From a virus: DNA of 43,535 nt. The first letter of the stretch is position 1. Every line of letters starts with the position of its first letter. This document shows positions 40,873 to 43,535 of the stretch, one piece after another. The notes under the pieces were generated by a model. That model worked only from the letters and a program-made list of their open reading frames with translations, had not been told where the DNA came from and did not search any database. Position numbers and translations under genes: made by a program. The DNA lies in IMG/VR virus record IMGVR_UViG_3300007351_000024; one strand, given 5' to 3'.

Positions 40873-41378
40873 TTGTTTAGTGTTAATCGGATAATTCGCA
40901 GGGAGAGATGTGAAGAGAAGTCGGGGCGGGAAACCAGCGACAGGCTGCATGACGTTTTCTTTTTTAGGAGATTGCCAGTCCTGTATTACTACAGGAGTAC
41001 CCCTTACTCTTCACGTTCCTCCCTACGAGCGAGAGAAAAGCTGGGAGGGAGGGCGGAAGGTTTTGTATCCAGCGTCAGTGGTACCACTGAGGACACGCGT
41101 CATAGCCGCTATGCAGCCGTCCTTCCCAAATCGTCTTCTCCCCCTCCAAACTTTCCTCTCTATTTCAATGAACAGTTTTCGACCAAGTAGTTTTACGCCT
41201 TGCTTAGGGCACGAACTTACGGTAATCCTAATTCTTCTTGCCAATCCAGTGTTCGGCGACATCGTTCGCAGTTACATCTCTTGCCGAACTTTTGTATTGA
41301 AGGTACTTTTCCATGTTTATCTTTTGTTGGTCTTGACCAGTTCTTCCTATTTACGCTACTACGTCGCTCTCCCATACG
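40873..41378 (-). ncRNA. Roughly 500-nt apparently non-coding, highly structured leader/ncRNA candidate upstream of the secreted-protein gene
   Basis: On the minus strand I see the hairpin tcctgta-GTAA-tacagga (40979-40996, a GNRA loop) and a 16-nt perfect palindrome tcagtggtaccactga (41075-41090). The palindrome is enclosed by ggaagg/ccttcc (41055-60 with 41121-26). A G-rich tract (41044-54) can pair with either of two C-rich tracts (41018-24 or 41138-47). The only ORFs here are short or low-complexity. Confidence 0.4.
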
Positions 41379-41765
41379 TTAGAACTCTGGCATTGGAAAA
41401 TCATCTTCTCCTGAATCCATCTTTAATCGCTCCGAGATTGCGATGTTCTCTTTATGTATCGCTTGGAGCATAGGGATTACCTGTAAAGTGAGGAGATTCT
41501 TTATCTCTGCCGTTGCTCCATTAGAAGCCGCAGGGCTTGCATCCCTTGTCCCTTTTGGCATGGAGAAGTTGATGTATTCTCCTTTTGGCTCAACGTCTAT
41601 GCTCACCCTATCTCCTACCGCCCAATCTGCATTATCGTTGTTAGCGAATCCAGAGAGCCACTTATCTCCGTACTCTTGGCACTTAATTCCAAGGGAAACG
41701 AAACTTTTACCAGTTCTTTTGGAAGTACGAGGTGTTCTCTTAATTTCTGTGATGGTAACTATCAT
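41379..41765 (-). CDS. SSB-like protein (small OB-fold-like N-domain plus an acidic C-terminal tip ending in Phe)
   Basis: I trimmed the start to the Met at 41765 (ATGA coupling). It is 128 aa and ends '...DSGEDDFPMPEF', which resembles SSB and T7 gp2.5 acidic tails. The assignment is tentative. Confidence 0.4.
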   Translation of the reverse strand: MIVTITEIKRTPRTSKRTGKSFVSLGIKCQEYGDKWLSGFANNDNADWAVGDRVSIDVEPKGEYINFSMPKGTRDASPAASNGATAEIKNLLTLQVIPMLQAIHKENIAISERLKMDSGEDDFPMPEF

Positions 41766-41860
41766 ATAACTTTTCTTATTTCTTCTACTACTAAAGCACA
41801 CGCTACTAATATTGACCCGAAGCCCATAATGGTAACTCCAACTAGGAATAGGTTAGTCAT
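41762..41860 (-). CDS. Micro-ORF encoding a 32-aa hydrophobic peptide
   Basis: The product is 'MTNLFLVGVTIMGFGSILVACALVVEEIRKVI'. It has ATGA overlaps with both neighbours. Confidence 0.35.
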   Translation of the reverse strand: MTNLFLVGVTIMGFGSILVACALVVEEIRKVI

Positions 41861-42168
41861 GATTGTTCCTTAGAAGCTCTATATGCTAATCGAGTATTGC
41901 TCTTATCCAGTTCATGAATGAGCCACTGTTGCTGTTTACTTAACTTCTCATGTACGTCAGCTTGCATCCCTTTGTTTCTCCTATACTCATCGAGTAACTT
42001 GTTCCATTCTTGTTGTGGTAGTCCTTCATCTTCTTTCTCCTTAAAAGCAGAAGATAACTCGTTGTACATGGCACGTATGGCTTTTGGTTCCATTTCCTCT
42101 TGGGGTTCATAGTCATATTCTATGAACTCATAAGGTACGGGAGTTGCGATGCGGAACTTTAGAATCAT
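41857..42168 (-). CDS. Hypothetical protein
   Basis: 103-aa ORF with ATGA overlaps at both ends. Confidence 0.6.
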   Translation of the reverse strand: MILKFRIATPVPYEFIEYDYEPQEEMEPKAIRAMYNELSSAFKEKEDEGLPQQEWNKLLDEYRRNKGMQADVHEKLSKQQQWLIHELDKSNTRLAYRASKEQS

Positions 42169-42317
42169 AGATATGTCAAAGGTGGCACGTGGCCTTTTGT
42201 TTCTAAGTGCTTTAACAACTGGTCAATGCTCATTACCTCTTCTTCGGTTTCTTCTTCTGGCTCATCTTCCGGTAATGTCGGCTCTTCTGGGTCTTGTGAA
42301 GGTGGTAAGTAACTCAT
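42165..42317 (-). CDS. Small acidic protein (50 aa)
   Basis: The product begins 'MSYLPPSQDPEEPTLPEDEPEEETEEEVMS...'. It has ATGA overlaps at both ends. Confidence 0.4.
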   Translation of the reverse strand: MSYLPPSQDPEEPTLPEDEPEEETEEEVMSIDQLLKHLETKGHVPPLTYL

Positions 42318-42409
42318 ACAAAGTCAACAATTATACGGACAGGAAAATACACCGCCGCGCTGATAATCACTAGCCATGTGAACACGTCTATTGCTTTTTC
42401 GTAGTTCAT
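42314..42409 (-). CDS. Micro-ORF encoding a 31-aa peptide with a TM-like segment; first gene of the minus-strand operon
   Basis: The product is 'MNYEKAIDVFTWLVIISAAVYFPVRIIVDFV'. It has an ATGA overlap downstream. Confidence 0.35.
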   Translation of the reverse strand: MNYEKAIDVFTWLVIISAAVYFPVRIIVDFV

Positions 42410-42547
42410 ATCGTTGGTTCCCTTAGTTGATATACAGAGAGTATATTCCCATGTTGATAACAAGTCAACTTCCCTAACTACCCTTTTCGTGTTCTATTGT
42501 GTGGACAACGCTTGCGTATATAGTAGTGGGTGCTACCATATGTGGAT
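42410..42547. promoter_or_regulatory. Divergent intergenic control region between the minus-strand operon and the plus-strand genes
   Basis: This is the only place in the genome where transcription must diverge. It contains the palindrome atatac-agaga-gtatat and the imperfect repeat gttga-N7-tcaac. No promoter hexamers could be assigned with confidence. Confidence 0.4.
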
Positions 42548-42724
42548 ATGGTGCTGTCAGGATACGAAAGAACTAAAAAATGGCGTAACAAAGCCAAAAA
42601 TAAGGGATATACCCGTAAATACATGAAGCGCAAACGTAGAGAGTATCGCTTGAAATATCTCAAAGGTCAGATACGATATGAGGATATACCAAAGTCGTAT
42701 AGGTACTTCACTGACACCCTATGA
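42548..42724 (+). CDS. Small highly basic protein (58 aa)
   Basis: I chose the ATG at 42548 within ORF 42530..42724. The sequence includes 'ERTKKWRNKAKNKGYTRKYMKRKRREYRLKY'. It has an ATGA overlap into the next gene. Confidence 0.45.
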   Translation: MVLSGYERTKKWRNKAKNKGYTRKYMKRKRREYRLKYLKGQIRYEDIPKSYRYFTDTL

Positions 42725-43023
42725 ACCTGAAAGAGTTGCTAGAACAAGTCAAAGAAAAATCTCTCACCAAAGAGCAAATAGAGGAGTATTTTGACGCTCT
42801 TACCCATGTATATTCTGCGGTGTGCATAGAACTCGCAGAACTCAAGAAGCAAGAAGCTCTCTACTTTCTTGACCACATGCAAGCCGATGTATCAGATGTT
42901 TCCATAAAAAGGAATTGGAGAGGAACGAAAGAGGGACAAAGGATGCTAGAACTAGAGGCGTACAAAAATGTAATACCAAAAGAACTAGCGAGTCTTCGCA
43001 ACAGAATCTACTCTTTCCTATGA
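42721..43023 (+). CDS. Hypothetical helical protein
   Basis: 100-aa ORF with ATGA overlaps at both ends. Confidence 0.55.
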   Translation: MNLKELLEQVKEKSLTKEQIEEYFDALTHVYSAVCIELAELKKQEALYFLDHMQADVSDVSIKRNWRGTKEGQRMLELEAYKNVIPKELASLRNRIYSFL

Positions 43024-43316
43024 GTCTCCGTTGCCCCATTCCGAAGAAGATGCGTGAGGAACTTGCGCAAGACCCGTTCATGAAGAAATGCGCCCTCTGG
43101 GATGCAGAGTGTATGGGGCGAGTAGAGTGGAATCACGCCGTAACGTATGCCGGAAAGAGACTTAACGAACTCTGGGCGATAATCCCCCTCTGCACAAAGC
43201 ACCACAAAGAAGAAGCAAAAAACCGCATGGCAATAAAAGAAATCGTGCGCGACAGAATCAAACATTTCGGAGCAGAGAAGGAAATTAAACAAAGGTATCC
43301 AAAATTAACCACCTAA
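43020..43316 (+). CDS. Cys/His-rich protein (possible HNH-like or zinc-binding nuclease fold)
   Basis: I set the start at ATG 43020 (ATGA overlap). The pattern is 'CP...C...C.GRVEWNHA...PLCTKHH'. The function is tentative. Confidence 0.5.
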   Translation: MSLRCPIPKKMREELAQDPFMKKCALWDAECMGRVEWNHAVTYAGKRLNELWAIIPLCTKHHKEEAKNRMAIKEIVRDRIKHFGAEKEIKQRYPKLTT

Positions 43317-43330
43317 TCCTATTAGAGAGT

Positions 43331-43516
43331 ATGGAGAAACCTGACTTAAATAAACCGGCGTTCAAAATCTTCCCTGAAATGGCAGAAAGAGTTATTAGAG
43401 GCGATTGTAGTTTTTGCGGCGAACCTGTCGGAAAGTTCAGAGATGGCCTATCAAGAAAAGAGTACGGAATATCGGGAATGTGCCAAAAGTGCCAAGATAA
43501 AGTCTTTAGTGAATAA
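43331..43516 (+). CDS. Small zinc-ribbon protein (61 aa)
   Basis: The Cys pattern is 'CSFCGEP...CQKCQ'. The 3' part lies in the terminal overlap and reappears at 1..80. Confidence 0.55.
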   Translation: MEKPDLNKPAFKIFPEMAERVIRGDCSFCGEPVGKFRDGLSRKEYGISGMCQKCQDKVFSE

Positions 43517-43535
43517 TTCCCCCCTATAACATCTA
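43437..43535. repeat. Terminal overlap, copy B (identical to 1..99)
   Basis: Exact 99-nt identity with the start of the window. Confidence 0.9.

Noticed and set aside
40873-41473. Plus-strand ORFs 40873..41190 (105 aa) and 40910..41473 (187 aa), and minus-strand ORF 41023..41262 (79 aa)
   Set aside because: Their translations are low-complexity (Ser/Arg/Pro/Leu-rich). The plus-strand ones would run antisense into the SSB-like gene. I interpret the region as an untranslated structured leader. The 28-aa minus-strand ORF 41228..41314 remains only a possible leader peptide.
42500-42549. Two DnaA-box-like 9-mers (tgtggacaa at 42500-42508 and tgtggatat at 42541-42549), each 8/9 to TGTGGATAA
   Set aside because: About 9 matches at 8/9 are expected by chance in 43 kb on both strands. 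This is not evidence for a second origin. Only the perfect box at 4221 is reported, and even that cautiously.
1-43535. Search for tRNA/tmRNA genes, CRISPR arrays, integrase/attP, transposases and stop-codon recoding
   Set aside because: I found no T-loop/acceptor-type cloverleaf candidates; 'ggttcgagtt' at about 3127 and 'gttcgaattg' at about 39840 lie inside ORFs and lack the other arms. There are no repeat-spacer arrays and no recombinase motifs. All long ORFs are intact under the standard code, and read-through of the stops after the small ORFs runs into another stop within a few codons.

Overview
The window is a complete tailed dsDNA phage genome of about 43.4 kb. Bases 1-99 are identical to 43437-43535, so the contig closes on itself. 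I saw no tRNA, rRNA, CRISPR array, integrase or transposase. Genes are very tightly packed, with ATGA overlaps or 1-5 nt between a stop codon and the next ATG, and almost none has a Shine-Dalgarno motif.

Layout:
- 107-7148 (+): small early genes, including YopX, a HAD-like protein, a replisome-organizer N-domain protein next to a structured 370-nt region with a perfect DnaA box, and a PD-(D/E)XK-like nuclease.
- 7145-18250 (+): an 11-kb translationally coupled glycan-synthesis operon. It holds GT6, two GT2, GT11, a GT11-like gene, a DUF5672-like gene and two GT17, plus an NDP-hexose 4,6-dehydratase, two further SDRs, a DegT-family enzyme with His at the Schiff-base Lys position, and a SAM methyltransferase.
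- 18372-38016 (+): packaging and virion genes, including small and large terminase, portal, scaffold, major capsid protein, a Kelch-like propeller, fibre-like proteins and a 1151-aa protein with a C-terminal CAP/SCP domain.
- 37738-39038 (+): lysis genes, an M23 peptidase and holin-like membrane proteins.
- 39130-42409 (-): a minus-strand block. It contains an ATGA-chained micro-gene operon with an SSB-like protein. It also contains a locally GC-rich moron-like island encoding two signal-peptide proteins and a zinc-ribbon protein, preceded by a roughly 500-nt structured leader.
- 42548-43516 (+): small genes.

The best candidate for a new system is the glycan operon. Its GT6 plus GT11 pairing is the ABH blood-group type, and it carries a 3,6-dideoxyhexose-like tailoring branch. 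Possible acceptor proteins occur among the virion genes.

All family assignments come from motif recognition by eye and need profile or structure searches to confirm.
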